From Rhodothermaceae bacterium (GTDB lineage: Bacteria; Bacteroidota; Rhodothermia; Rhodothermales; Bin80), in NCBI GenBank assembly GCA_009838195.1, contig VXSC01000002.1, positions 4,456 through 68,455 on the forward strand: 64,000 nucleotides of DNA. Reading direction: 5' to 3'. Under the pieces are notes generated by a model, which was not told the origin of the DNA, made no database searches, and was given only the letters and a program-made list of their open reading frames with translations. The position numbers and the translations under genes are program-made. Of the stretch, positions 55,645-64,000 are shown in pieces. Each line of letters opens with the position of its first letter. The first letter of the stretch is position 1.

Positions 55645-57567
55645 TTAGTTGGCCACAACTTGAATTATCCCACGCATCGTCGTTGCATGGCCTGGGAAGG
55701 TGCAGACGAACGAGTATTGCCCAGCCTCATCTGGAACGCGAAATATGATCGTCTCAGATATTCCCGGCTCAAGTAGACCAGTATGTGCAATTACGGCATC
55801 CGAGTTGGGGACATATTGCATTTCGTGCCCTCTGAGGCCCAGTTGCATGGCAGCCATTACGACCTCATCAGTCGCGTCACTCTCAACCACCACCAAGTTG
55901 TGCAACATATCGTCATCATTATTGAACGTCAGCGCAATCGTACTTCCCGCAGGAACGGTAAATTCGGTCTGGCTGAATTGCAAGTTTGGCAGTGTGCCCA
56001 CGGAGAGACGCACGTTCGGCTCACTTTCAGATGGCTGGGCGCCACTGAGGTCAGGTTGTGCAGTGTCTGTGGTTTGGTCGGGCTCTATTTGCAGTGATGC
56101 TCCCTCGGGGAGCCGATTCATCGTATAGAATGCGGTAGAATGTAGGAGAGGATCCCCATTCCCTGAATGAAGGCCTTCGGCGTTAATCGAGTAGATATAT
56201 CCCTCACGTAAACCATCCAGAACTAGGCGAATTTCCAAGCGATCTTCTGACACGAGAGCTGCTTTTACCTGATGCGTCGTAATGTTAATCGGAGGACTTC
56301 CATAATTTGAATGATACTTGTAGGTAAAGCTCTCGACAGAATAGTTGTCCAAAATGGCCGCCGAGGGTCCATCCGCAGGCTTGGTCAGAGTAATCAAAAA
56401 TCCATCTGGCATGGCGCGGACACTGTGCATTTCGAATGGAATCTTCCCAGTCCATACGAGTCGTTCGAGCGCATAGGGTTCTTTGCCAGTAGCCCCCCAG
56501 CCACGGCTGGTTTGCCCGACCATCATTCCCCCTTCTGGATCCCAGGCCATACGCAATACTCCAGACGCAAATCCTTCCCGAAAGGGGATCGCAGCGCCCT
56601 GGTATATTCCCTGGACTTTTTCCAAAAATACTCTTGTGATTTTACTGTGTCCTTGGTCACCCACAAATAACTGTCCGGCAAAGGGGCCAAACTTTCCGTC
56701 GGTCGTATCCGGGACAATATCCGATGTAGATATGCCCAGAATCGTGTGTGGAAACCACACCGCTGGTGGCTTGAATGCATCAATTTCTTTGGCAACCTCG
56801 AAGAGAGGCTGGCCGGTATCAGGGATCTCGTCAGGCTTCAGGGATAAAGGAGAGTCCTCTTCACTAGTCCAGCGCAGTCCAGCCGGATTTCCCACAAAGT
56901 CTCCCATCTCGACATGTGTGATATATCCTGACCCCACCCAGTCGCCCTGATTCTCTGCATAGAACAGGTCCCCGGCCACATTCATCCCCATGCCCGCTGG
57001 AGATCGCATCCCCGTTGCAATCGGAGTCATCTCCCCATTCGGGTCAATTGAGAGTGTCCATCCGCGCCATTTGGATTGGCTGGCACCATATCCAATCCAT
57101 CCCAGGTTGAGCATAACGACCATGGAGCCATCTTTTTGGATGAGCGGGCCATAGGAGTATTCATGATAGTTGCCTTCCAGAGGCCATGAATACACGGTTT
57201 CATACTGATCGGCAACTGCGTCGCCATTTGCGTCAACCAGTCTGGTCAATTCGCTTCTCTGCGAAGTGTAAAAGGAACCGTCGTGCCATGCCAGCCCGAG
57301 AGGCTCATGTAGACCATATGCAAAGCGTTGGTAGTGGGGGGAGGACGTACCTGCCATAACAGGATTATCAATCAACCACACCTCACCCCGTCGCGTTGCG
57401 ACACCGAGACGCCCGTCCGGCGTGAAGGACATTCCCCCGACTTCAAGCATAATATCTTGGGGAATGGGGACACGGACCATGCGATAATAGTCTGATTCCT
57501 GCGGCACCTGTGCCACACAGGGCAGCGAAATGATCAGTGACAGAACAACTCGAAAAAGGTTTTTCAT
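55645..57567 (-). CDS. Beta-propeller (sorbosone/glucose dehydrogenase-like) protein fused to an azurin-type cupredoxin domain
   Basis: Start trimmed to MKNLFRVVLSLIISLPCVAQ. The N-terminal region of about 400 aa resembles the 'putative membrane-bound dehydrogenase' propeller (MRSPAGMGMNVAGDLFYAENQGDWVGSG). The C-terminal region of about 130 aa carries type-1 copper ligands in MLHNLVVV and FVCTFPGHATTMRG (C-x4-H-x3-M, as in azurin). Confidence 0.6.
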   Translation of the reverse strand: MKNLFRVVLSLIISLPCVAQVPQESDYYRMVRVPIPQDIMLEVGGMSFTPDGRLGVATRRGEVWLIDNPVMAGTSSPHYQRFAYGLHEPLGLAWHDGSFYTSQRSELTRLVDANGDAVADQYETVYSWPLEGNYHEYSYGPLIQKDGSMVVMLNLGWIGYGASQSKWRGWTLSIDPNGEMTPIATGMRSPAGMGMNVAGDLFYAENQGDWVGSGYITHVEMGDFVGNPAGLRWTSEEDSPLSLKPDEIPDTGQPLFEVAKEIDAFKPPAVWFPHTILGISTSDIVPDTTDGKFGPFAGQLFVGDQGHSKITRVFLEKVQGIYQGAAIPFREGFASGVLRMAWDPEGGMMVGQTSRGWGATGKEPYALERLVWTGKIPFEMHSVRAMPDGFLITLTKPADGPSAAILDNYSVESFTYKYHSNYGSPPINITTHQVKAALVSEDRLEIRLVLDGLREGYIYSINAEGLHSGNGDPLLHSTAFYTMNRLPEGASLQIEPDQTTDTAQPDLSGAQPSESEPNVRLSVGTLPNLQFSQTEFTVPAGSTIALTFNNDDDMLHNLVVVESDATDEVVMAAMQLGLRGHEMQYVPNSDAVIAHTGLLEPGISETIIFRVPDEAGQYSFVCTFPGHATTMRGIIQVVAN

Positions 57568-57574
57568 GAAGACA

Positions 57575-59398
57575 CTACCACTCGATAACATAGTTGACAG
57601 ATGCAGGCGCGCCAGACTGGTCTTGTTGTAATGGAATCATGAGCACTTGACCATTTTGCGATGGTTGGATTGATGCATCCGAATCTGTTTCAACATACCA
57701 GGTAAACCCGTCAATCGCATAACGGCGATCGTTGATTGCATCAATCTGGTCGCTGACTGCGATGCGCACCCAGATTGGTTCGTTTTTGTCACCTATGAGA
57801 ATCAGCGTACGTGACAGTCCTGATGCATCGTCTTTCGGTTGGATATGATCCTCCAGAACGGCGTTCCCGAGTGAGTAGATGAATACGGGGTGGGGTGTCA
57901 GTCGATACCCGGTAAATTTAAGCTTTGTGTCCTCGGTAGTATTAATTGCGGAATGTCCCGAGAATGTCAGAAGGCTTCCAAGGGGAAGGATCGTCTGATC
58001 ATGTCCTCGATTATGCCACATCGGTGCTGCATCTACAAAAGGGCCACGCCATGCATGCAACAGGGAAGCGGTAGACAGATCCAGACTGTAATGGATACCG
58101 TTGGGGTTGCCAATAGCCATTGAATGGGTGTGTTTGATTCCGCGATGGACGATGAATCCACGCAGCGGCATAGGCTCATTGCCGACCGTGATCGGAATCC
58201 GTTCAGCGGCAGGCGCTCCCTGGAGCGGCTGGAGAAGCGGAGATGTCCGGGTAGAAGGTCCTTCAACGCTGAGAGAGACCTGGGGAGGCCCCCAGCCGAT
58301 TGCCTTGAAATATCCAAAACTGAATGGGTGCATTCCTTCGTTCAGGAAGACATCTCCGTACACGGAAGGTTGATTCCGATCATGTTTCAGAACTTCCTGG
58401 TCTGCAATCTGCAATAATGCACCGCCAATTGAATGACTCGACCAGTGCGGATCACCAGATATCCAGTCTAGTGTAGCATCAAAGCGATACGTGCCACTTA
58501 CAGGGATATGAATGGTGCCTTCGTAGCGAAGTGCAATTGGATCGGCAGAGATTACCGTGTGCTCTTGCAGGTCACGGATGTTTCCCGTGGCCGTGGCTGT
58601 TCCCGTGGAATTCCAAATCACTTCCTCCGAAGGGTCATCAGTATATTCGAAGTAAGTCATATTACTCACGGAAACAGGCGCCCCTCCGCTCATGCGGTAG
58701 CGAATATTGCGAAATGCAACAGGTCCGTGATCTCCCTGGATCATAAGAGGTCCAACAGGAGATTCGTCCTGAAAACCAGCGGCGCGAGTTGGCCCAGAAA
58801 CAGTTACACTTTCCTGGATGATGCTACCATTCAGGATGACTTGCACAAAGCGGGCGGGCCGGATTTTGTTGCCATTTTCATCAAAGTCGGGTGCATCAAA
58901 CACAATGCGGAGGGATTGCCACAGGCCCGGTGCACGGCTGGCATTGATGCGTGGTGGACGCCCTTCAAATCCCCGTCCCTCATCTTCATTCCATCTCTGA
59001 TAGATCCCACCGACATCCCCGAATGTGACATGAGGGCGCTTCCAGCTGTCCAATAGTTGGACTTCGTAGCGCCCCTGGAGATAAATACCGGAGTTGGATC
59101 CTGGCGGCATCATGAATTCAAGTTCAAGTTCGATATCTCCATGTGTCCACTTGGTGAAGAGGTTCTCTCGAGCACATTCGGTAGGTTGATTTACGAGGAT
59201 TCCCTTCCCTGGTGTAGTGGACAAACTGTGGTGGAGAGCAAGATCACTGTAGACACTGCCGGCTAGCATCCAGTTTTCTGCTGGTTTATCGAATGCAGAG
59301 AGAGACTCCAGGGATAAGGTCTGCAGCGGTAAGCCGTTTTGAGCACTCGCTACAGAACTAACGGTTAGCAGTGCAATGAAGAAAAATAAAGATCGCAT
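57575..59398 (-). CDS. DUF1080 (3-keto-disaccharide hydrolase family) plus PA14-like domain protein
   Basis: 607 aa with a signal peptide. The DUF1080-type block is FTKWTHGDIELELEFMMPPGSNSGIYLQGRYEVQLLDS ... RFVQVILNG. The middle segment GTYRFDATLDWISGDP ... LLQIADQEV is PA14-like. Confidence 0.6.
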   Translation of the reverse strand: MRSLFFFIALLTVSSVASAQNGLPLQTLSLESLSAFDKPAENWMLAGSVYSDLALHHSLSTTPGKGILVNQPTECARENLFTKWTHGDIELELEFMMPPGSNSGIYLQGRYEVQLLDSWKRPHVTFGDVGGIYQRWNEDEGRGFEGRPPRINASRAPGLWQSLRIVFDAPDFDENGNKIRPARFVQVILNGSIIQESVTVSGPTRAAGFQDESPVGPLMIQGDHGPVAFRNIRYRMSGGAPVSVSNMTYFEYTDDPSEEVIWNSTGTATATGNIRDLQEHTVISADPIALRYEGTIHIPVSGTYRFDATLDWISGDPHWSSHSIGGALLQIADQEVLKHDRNQPSVYGDVFLNEGMHPFSFGYFKAIGWGPPQVSLSVEGPSTRTSPLLQPLQGAPAAERIPITVGNEPMPLRGFIVHRGIKHTHSMAIGNPNGIHYSLDLSTASLLHAWRGPFVDAAPMWHNRGHDQTILPLGSLLTFSGHSAINTTEDTKLKFTGYRLTPHPVFIYSLGNAVLEDHIQPKDDASGLSRTLILIGDKNEPIWVRIAVSDQIDAINDRRYAIDGFTWYVETDSDASIQPSQNGQVLMIPLQQDQSGAPASVNYVIEW

Positions 59399-59612
59399 AG
59401 GGGGTAGTTCTCAATAATATCGCACCGTGGTTCGCAGGTAATCCGGCATCATATGGCGAGGGTTTCTGAAATGCTTCTGCAAATCACTTGATCAAGTCGT
59501 AGGAGAGATCCATCTGTGTGCAATCCGCAAACTGCTTCATATTGATATGAAGCTCCCTGGTGAAGGGAGTGGAGGACGGAAACCAGACGGACCAACGATT
59601 GCCTCAACCACA

Positions 59613-59720
59613 TTACTCTTTTGCAGTGAAATGCCGGTAGAGGAGCCAGGTGGATAGAAAGGCAATGAGAAAAATAGTCGCAGGTACTACAACACCCCAT
59701 AGAAAATTAAACTCTTCCAT
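59613..59720 (-). CDS. Candidate 35-aa single-TM peptide
   Basis: Below the ORF-track cutoff. It reads MEEFNFLWGVVVPATIFLIAFLSTWLLYRHFTAKE. The ATG lies inside the end of the preceding 41-aa ORF. Confidence 0.35.
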   Translation of the reverse strand: MEEFNFLWGVVVPATIFLIAFLSTWLLYRHFTAKE

Positions 59721-59832
59721 CGCTCTCACTTTGATTGTGTTTGCGCCAGGCACGGTAGGCCAGTATAAGCCCCAGAAAAGATGCCGCGTATGCGATCGTC
59801 ATACCAATGACTGTAGCTAATGCTTGGTTCAT
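59707..59832 (-). CDS. Candidate 41-aa single-TM peptide
   Basis: Below the ORF-track cutoff. It reads MNQALATVIGMTIAYAASFLGLILAYRAWRKHNQSESDGRV. The ATG overlaps the stop of the 100-aa gene (ATGA at 59829-59832). Confidence 0.35.
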   Translation of the reverse strand: MNQALATVIGMTIAYAASFLGLILAYRAWRKHNQSESDGRV

Positions 59833-60131
59833 GATGCTTTCTCGTCAACTGATTTCCATCGAACTTTCGCTTCCAACTCTTGCAAATAGCCCTGCTGCTT
59901 TGTTTCGTACTCTTTGGAAATAGCCTTGAGCTTTGGATCGATCACAAGATGCAGAATCACAGTCATTACAATCCCAATGGCCAGCATAATATACCCAGAC
60001 ATCTGCAGCAGGATTGACAATGCTGCACCGATCGTAACCAGTACATAGCACAAAGGGGAGAGAACAATGGCGATCCAGTCCTCTTTGGTCCATTCATCGG
60101 CTTCATTGGCCGACCATTTTCGACGAATCAT
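59829..60131 (-). CDS. Hypothetical two-TM membrane protein
   Basis: 100 aa with hydrophobic segments (WIAIVLSPLCYVLVTIGAALSILL and YIMLAIGIVMTVILHLVI). The ATG overlaps the SSS symporter stop (ATGA at 60128-60131). Confidence 0.5.
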   Translation of the reverse strand: MIRRKWSANEADEWTKEDWIAIVLSPLCYVLVTIGAALSILLQMSGYIMLAIGIVMTVILHLVIDPKLKAISKEYETKQQGYLQELEAKVRWKSVDEKAS

Positions 60132-61768
60132 GAGCTATCGGGGTAACTGTCGGCGGGGCGGCTGGCTTCTTCAGCACCAGGAGCCGTTTCACCGTTGGTC
60201 ATAATCAGGCCGCGGCGTATCGCCTCCTCTCGCACGGGCGCCCACCAACCAATGGGACGCGACATCACGTAGTAATGGACGAGGTGATCCATGGGTTCGG
60301 ACTTTGTAAGAAGGGTCACCGGAAAATATACCATTGCACCGAGAATCATCAGAATCCAGAACTGCTGATAATCCAATAGATGTGGGATCAGGTTCAATTC
60401 CGGTAATATCCATACAACCAGCCAACTGAATCCCAGATTCGCGATCCAGGATGACAGGTATCCCCAGGCATTAAAGCGCCACCATACGACCTGCAGAATG
60501 TTTGGCAGCCAGATCCCAGCCGCCATGATCCATAGTGCAAAAATGAGCCAGGAGGTGATGTCCTCCATGATCAGACCATAGAAGAAAGATCCGAGCAGCA
60601 GGATTCCAGTGGATATTCTGCCTACCTGGACGAGACGTTGTTCGCTTGCTTTGGGATTGACGTAATGTTGATAGAGATCACGTGTAGCATAGAGAGCACC
60701 AAGGTTGAGGTGCGATGAGATTGTAGATAGGTGGATTGCCAGGATGGCTGCAAAGAAGAATCCGAGCATCCCTGCGGGCAGGTAGTCAAATCCGAGGCGG
60801 AACCAGCCCATCTCATATTCGCTCTGTTCTGTGATTCCTGGAAAGAGGACGAAAAAGGCCAGAATGGCAACCGCCCATACGGAATTTCGGACCAGGCCGA
60901 GGATGGTGCCCCACCATATACTGTAGCTTGCGTCCCGCACGGTTTTCGCGGATTGAATGCGTTGTGCTTCCACATACCAGTCTATGGTTGTTCCCATGCC
61001 AAAGCCGCCCAGGAAAGCGATAAGCATCATGGTAATAAACCAGGCAATCGGGAAATCTCCAGACCACCACCCTGTAAAAGCAAACGGATTGATACGGTCT
61101 AATTCTCCAAGGACTTCCAGCTTCTCGAGAATACCATTTGGGCCGCCTGCGACATGGATTCCCCATACAGAGACGATAATGATGACCAGGAATGCAATGA
61201 TCCCTTGTTGGAAGTCCGCCATGACGACTCCCCAATATCCAGATGCCAGAACGTAGATGGCACAAACCAGTGAGAATACGATCAGCCCAATCCAGGTCGG
61301 CCATGCAAACAGGTATTCGCATACACGCCCCATGGCAATTCCAACCCAGCCCAGGACGAACATATTCATAAAAAACTGCCATCCGGCCATCCAGCCGCGC
61401 AGGAGTTCACTGCCGAGGCCTGTGAATCGTACCACATTCCATTCTGCCTGCGTATAGGCCAGCGAGCGGCGGAATATTCGAGTCGATACAAATGCGCTGA
61501 TGGCAGCCCAGCCGCAAAAAAACGTATACCAGATGCCTGCCATCCCATTCTTGTAGATCACTCCCGTGATCCACATGGGTGTATCTGTAGCAGTGTGCGT
61601 CGCATATACGCTACTGGCCGGTAGCCACCAGGGTAGGCCCCGTCCAGCCAGAAAAAAATCAGACTCTGAGCGCTTGCCTAATCGATAGAACAGGATGCCA
61701 CTGCCGACCATCAAGAGCAGAAACAGCCCGACCCAGAGCCAGTCCAGAAACGTAAAAGTGACGGTCAT
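60128..61768 (-). CDS. Sodium:solute symporter family transporter
   Basis: 546 aa and polytopic, with an SSS-type start (FFLAGRGLPWW). Confidence 0.8.
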   Translation of the reverse strand: MTVTFTFLDWLWVGLFLLLMVGSGILFYRLGKRSESDFFLAGRGLPWWLPASSVYATHTATDTPMWITGVIYKNGMAGIWYTFFCGWAAISAFVSTRIFRRSLAYTQAEWNVVRFTGLGSELLRGWMAGWQFFMNMFVLGWVGIAMGRVCEYLFAWPTWIGLIVFSLVCAIYVLASGYWGVVMADFQQGIIAFLVIIIVSVWGIHVAGGPNGILEKLEVLGELDRINPFAFTGWWSGDFPIAWFITMMLIAFLGGFGMGTTIDWYVEAQRIQSAKTVRDASYSIWWGTILGLVRNSVWAVAILAFFVLFPGITEQSEYEMGWFRLGFDYLPAGMLGFFFAAILAIHLSTISSHLNLGALYATRDLYQHYVNPKASEQRLVQVGRISTGILLLGSFFYGLIMEDITSWLIFALWIMAAGIWLPNILQVVWWRFNAWGYLSSWIANLGFSWLVVWILPELNLIPHLLDYQQFWILMILGAMVYFPVTLLTKSEPMDHLVHYYVMSRPIGWWAPVREEAIRRGLIMTNGETAPGAEEASRPADSYPDSS

Positions 61769-61815
61769 AAATAATCGCTGATCACAGAGCGCCTATAAGA
61801 ATAAGAAAATCAGCG

Positions 61816-62982
61816 TTAATCCGAGTTCGTCGGCCATTGCTGGAGGAGTTGCCAACAAAGCCATAGTGTGCGTGGCACATGGAAGCAGCCTTTATACGGT
61901 CCCCCCTTAAAGCGGTGAGTAACTTGGCCTTTCCGATCACAGTACCCATACCATTCACCATATTTCGAATCGATAAAGTGATCGGAGATGTAGTCGTCAA
62001 TCTTCCGAAAGGACGCGAGATCACTGGGATCGCCCGTATGCGCATAATTGAGCAGGTGTGCGTAGAGGGCTTCGGAATGCGGCCACCAGAGTTTCATAGA
62101 CCATTCCAGCTGAACCGGACTGAATCCTCCTGCATCCACAAAGTAGTAGAGTCCTCCGTACTGCTCATCCCATCCAAAAGCCTGGGCATTCTGGATCATA
62201 TTTCGGGAGAGTTCAATCATACTTGATTCTTGAACCTTCGTGGCGATGTGTTGGAGAAACCACCCTGCCTCAATCACATGTCCGGGATTCATCAGGCGCC
62301 CTTCGGGGCCGTCCAGGCGGCTGCCATCTGGAGCTACAAATTCGAATATTTGACGATCATGCACATGCAGTCGGATGCGTTTGAAGCAGTCATCGATTTC
62401 GGAGGAACAGTCCGCATCAACCATGACTTCATCAATCAGGTTGAGCAGCATCATAGGTACTGCAAGCATTTGGGCGGGTTTTGCACCTGAAAGGGCAGGG
62501 CGGCCAACCTTGGACCAGTCGTAGGCCCAATCCCAAACCTGCTCCACCATGAGCGCCGCTTCTTTGATGTATGCGGTATGGTCAATCGCACGACCATACT
62601 CTGACAAAGCCATCGCGTAGAAGCATTCTGTAAATATTTTGCGCTGTTGATAAATGGGTCGACCGTCACGGGCGAGCGAAAAATATACCCGTCCATCTGG
62701 TCGCAGGGCATGGTTGATCAAAAAGTTCATGCCACTTTCAGCGTTGGACAGCCAGGATTGACGTGCTTCGACGAGGCGGTACAACTTACTGAACATCCAG
62801 ACTTGCCGTGCCTGCAACCAGATATGCTTCGTAGTATCGTAGATACTGCCGTCCCGATCCAGGTTATTGAAGTGCCCTCCGTAGACTGGATCAGGGGAAT
62901 GCTTCTCCCAAAACGGAAGCACGCGCTCAAACAGTTCCTGTTCGTAGGATAGCCGTAGGTCCTCTCTTTCTTGCTTAGTCAT
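61816..62982 (-). CDS. N-acylglucosamine 2-epimerase (AGE) superfamily isomerase/epimerase
   Basis: 388 aa with alpha/alpha-barrel family blocks (VLPFWEKHSPDPVYGGHFNNLDRDG, KHIWLQARQVWMFS, WPHSEALYA). Confidence 0.8.
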   Translation of the reverse strand: MTKQEREDLRLSYEQELFERVLPFWEKHSPDPVYGGHFNNLDRDGSIYDTTKHIWLQARQVWMFSKLYRLVEARQSWLSNAESGMNFLINHALRPDGRVYFSLARDGRPIYQQRKIFTECFYAMALSEYGRAIDHTAYIKEAALMVEQVWDWAYDWSKVGRPALSGAKPAQMLAVPMMLLNLIDEVMVDADCSSEIDDCFKRIRLHVHDRQIFEFVAPDGSRLDGPEGRLMNPGHVIEAGWFLQHIATKVQESSMIELSRNMIQNAQAFGWDEQYGGLYYFVDAGGFSPVQLEWSMKLWWPHSEALYAHLLNYAHTGDPSDLASFRKIDDYISDHFIDSKYGEWYGYCDRKGQVTHRFKGGPYKGCFHVPRTLWLCWQLLQQWPTNSD

Positions 62983-63059
62983 GAGTCGGAATATGAAATG
63001 ATCAATCTATTTCCTAATTTAGTGATCTCAACTGGCGAAACCATACTTTTGAATGAATC

Positions 63060-63989
63060 ATGACGAACCGGCGCAAATTTTTACAAACTGCGGCAATCGC
63101 CGCGACAGGACTGACTGCGGTTCCCGTAACGGCCTCCAATTCTGTTAGACCCAGGCGGCCAAATCCAATCGGGGTATCTACGTACTCGTTTTGGCGATTT
63201 AGTGGTCCGAAGGAGGACTATCCAATTGAGACATGCATTGATCAGGCAGCGGCCATGGGGTTTGACGGGATAGAGTTGCTTCACATTCAGATGGCCTCTG
63301 AGGAGCCAGATTATTTACAGGGATTGAAGCGCCGAGCTTTTGTCAATGGTCTGGACCTGATGGGATTTTCCACGCACCAGGGCTTTGTGTCTCCAGATGC
63401 AGACGAGCGTCAGCATAACATTAACGAAACGATTCGGCAGATTGAGATCTGCTATGAGCTTGGAATCCCGACTATGCGCCTCAATACCGGCAGGTGGGGG
63501 ACATCAGAATCCTTTACTGCACTGATGAATAATCGTGGAATTGAACCAGCGTTGGAAGGGTATACCGATGAAGATGCATTTGGCTGGGTCATTGATGCCA
63601 TCGAGCGATTGATTCCAAAAGCCCGACAGTGCGGAGTGCTCCTTGGGTTGGAAAATCACTGGGGCCTCGGGCGCACCCCCGAAGGAGTTCTCAGGATCGT
63701 TGAAGCGGTCGACTCTCAGTGGTTGAAAGTCACGCTGGATACGGGGAATTTCTTGGAAGACCCGTATGATAAACTGGAGATGCTGGCACCACATACCGTT
63801 TTGATGCAAGCCAAGACGTATTACGGTGGCGGAACGTGGTATACATTGGACTTGGACTATCAGCGCATTGCGGAAATCATGCGTCAGCACAATTATGCCG
63901 GGTATGTCTCGTTGGAATTTGAAGGGAAGGAGAGTGAGCAAACTGCAATTCCCAAGAGTTTGGAGCTTCTCCGAAACGCATTCAGCTGA
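63060..63989 (+). CDS. Tat-signal xylose-isomerase-like TIM-barrel protein (sugar phosphate isomerase/epimerase family)
   Basis: 309 aa starting MTNRRKFLQTAAIAATGLTAVPVTA (twin-arginine signal). Carries GFDGIEL, LGLENHWG and YVSLEFEG. Confidence 0.8.
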   Translation: MTNRRKFLQTAAIAATGLTAVPVTASNSVRPRRPNPIGVSTYSFWRFSGPKEDYPIETCIDQAAAMGFDGIELLHIQMASEEPDYLQGLKRRAFVNGLDLMGFSTHQGFVSPDADERQHNINETIRQIEICYELGIPTMRLNTGRWGTSESFTALMNNRGIEPALEGYTDEDAFGWVIDAIERLIPKARQCGVLLGLENHWGLGRTPEGVLRIVEAVDSQWLKVTLDTGNFLEDPYDKLEMLAPHTVLMQAKTYYGGGTWYTLDLDYQRIAEIMRQHNYAGYVSLEFEGKESEQTAIPKSLELLRNAFS

Positions 63990-64000
63990 GTTTGGGCACT

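Noticed and set aside
59449-59700. 83-aa minus-strand ORF from the track downstream of the small membrane ORFs
   Set aside because: It is Cys/His/Leu-rich and not protein-like. It overlaps the better-supported 35-aa single-TM ORF in another frame.
60813-61382. 189-aa minus-strand ORF inside the SSS symporter gene (different frame)
   Set aside because: It is an out-of-frame overlap with a 546-aa polytopic transporter ORF. Its composition (Arg/Gly/His/Pro-rich) is not protein-like.
1-64000. Scan for CRISPR arrays, tRNA/rRNA genes, transposases, integrases and classical multi-gene defence systems
   Set aside because: None was recognised. Intergenic spaces are short (the longest are about 340-460 bp) and show no repeat-spacer structure or cloverleaf-like sequences. 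The only defence-like elements are the hipBA module and the solitary methyltransferase. tRNAscan, Infernal and a defence-system HMM scan were not possible here.

Overview
The window is a 64-kb, almost fully coding chromosomal segment with about 62 protein genes. By eye I found no rRNA, tRNA, CRISPR array, transposase or integrase.

Gene content suggests a Bacteroidota/Rhodothermota-like (FCB-group) bacterium. The markers are a Bat aerotolerance operon, parA-parB-DUF5683, T9SS C-terminal sorting domains, and CarboxypepD_reg-type TonB-dependent receptors, one with a DUF4249-like partner.

Layout:
- 1-6.2 kb: batD-batC-batB-batA-DUF4381-like-DUF58 on the minus strand, with no adjacent MoxR ATPase.
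- 6.3-8.9 kb: yceI-like, purQ, rhomboid, VanZ-like.
- 9.2-10.8 kb: hipBA-type toxin-antitoxin module behind an AT-rich palindromic operator.
- 10.9-13.3 kb: GNAT-like acyltransferase plus an alpha-oxoamine synthase (SPT-like).
- 13.6-16.3 kb: DUF5683, parB, parA, DUF5989.
- 16.4-19.6 kb: two MacB/FtsX permeases and rpiA.
- 19.7-22.5 kb: tonB plus three tandem TonB-C-only lipoproteins.
- 22.6-28.6 kb: nnr, Ig-like lipoprotein, moaB-like, metallophosphoesterase, yidD, hisI.
- 28.8-33.5 kb: secreted TPM, NHL-like protein and two serine hydrolases.
- 33.8-34.7 kb: solitary M.TaqI-like N6-adenine methyltransferase.
- 34.8-39.6 kb: PIG-L deacetylase, SDR, nitrilase-family gene, small CxxC ORF, a dead copy of the nitrilase 3' end, and an M20 amidohydrolase.
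- 40.1-42.5 kb: TonB-dependent receptor with two His/Asp/Glu-rich tracts.
- 42.9-48.6 kb: T9SS subtilase with plant-type LRRs, a DUF579 (plant xylan methyltransferase-like) gene, and a T9SS GH53 galactanase.
- 48.6-55.5 kb: tight six-gene operon of TBDR, DUF4249-like, M19 dipeptidase, RidA, DUF997 and a PanF-like symporter.
- 55.6-64 kb: beta-propeller dehydrogenase-azurin fusion, DUF1080-PA14, three small membrane ORFs, an SSS symporter, an AGE epimerase and a Tat-signal xylose-isomerase-like TIM barrel.

Candidates most worth follow-up:
1. The TBDR-to-symporter operon that pairs an M19 (dehydro)dipeptidase with RidA.
2. The tonB-plus-TonB-C-lipoprotein array and its 11-bp phased upstream repeats.
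3. The cupredoxin-fused dehydrogenase / DUF1080 / TIM-barrel sugar-oxidation locus.
4. The plant-like DUF579 and LRR genes beside GH53.
5. The nitrilase 3'-end duplication bracketing a small inserted gene.

Limits: all family assignments come from motif recognition by eye. No database search or computation was possible. The ORF track uses the leftmost ATG/GTG/TTG, so several starts were trimmed and remain uncertain.
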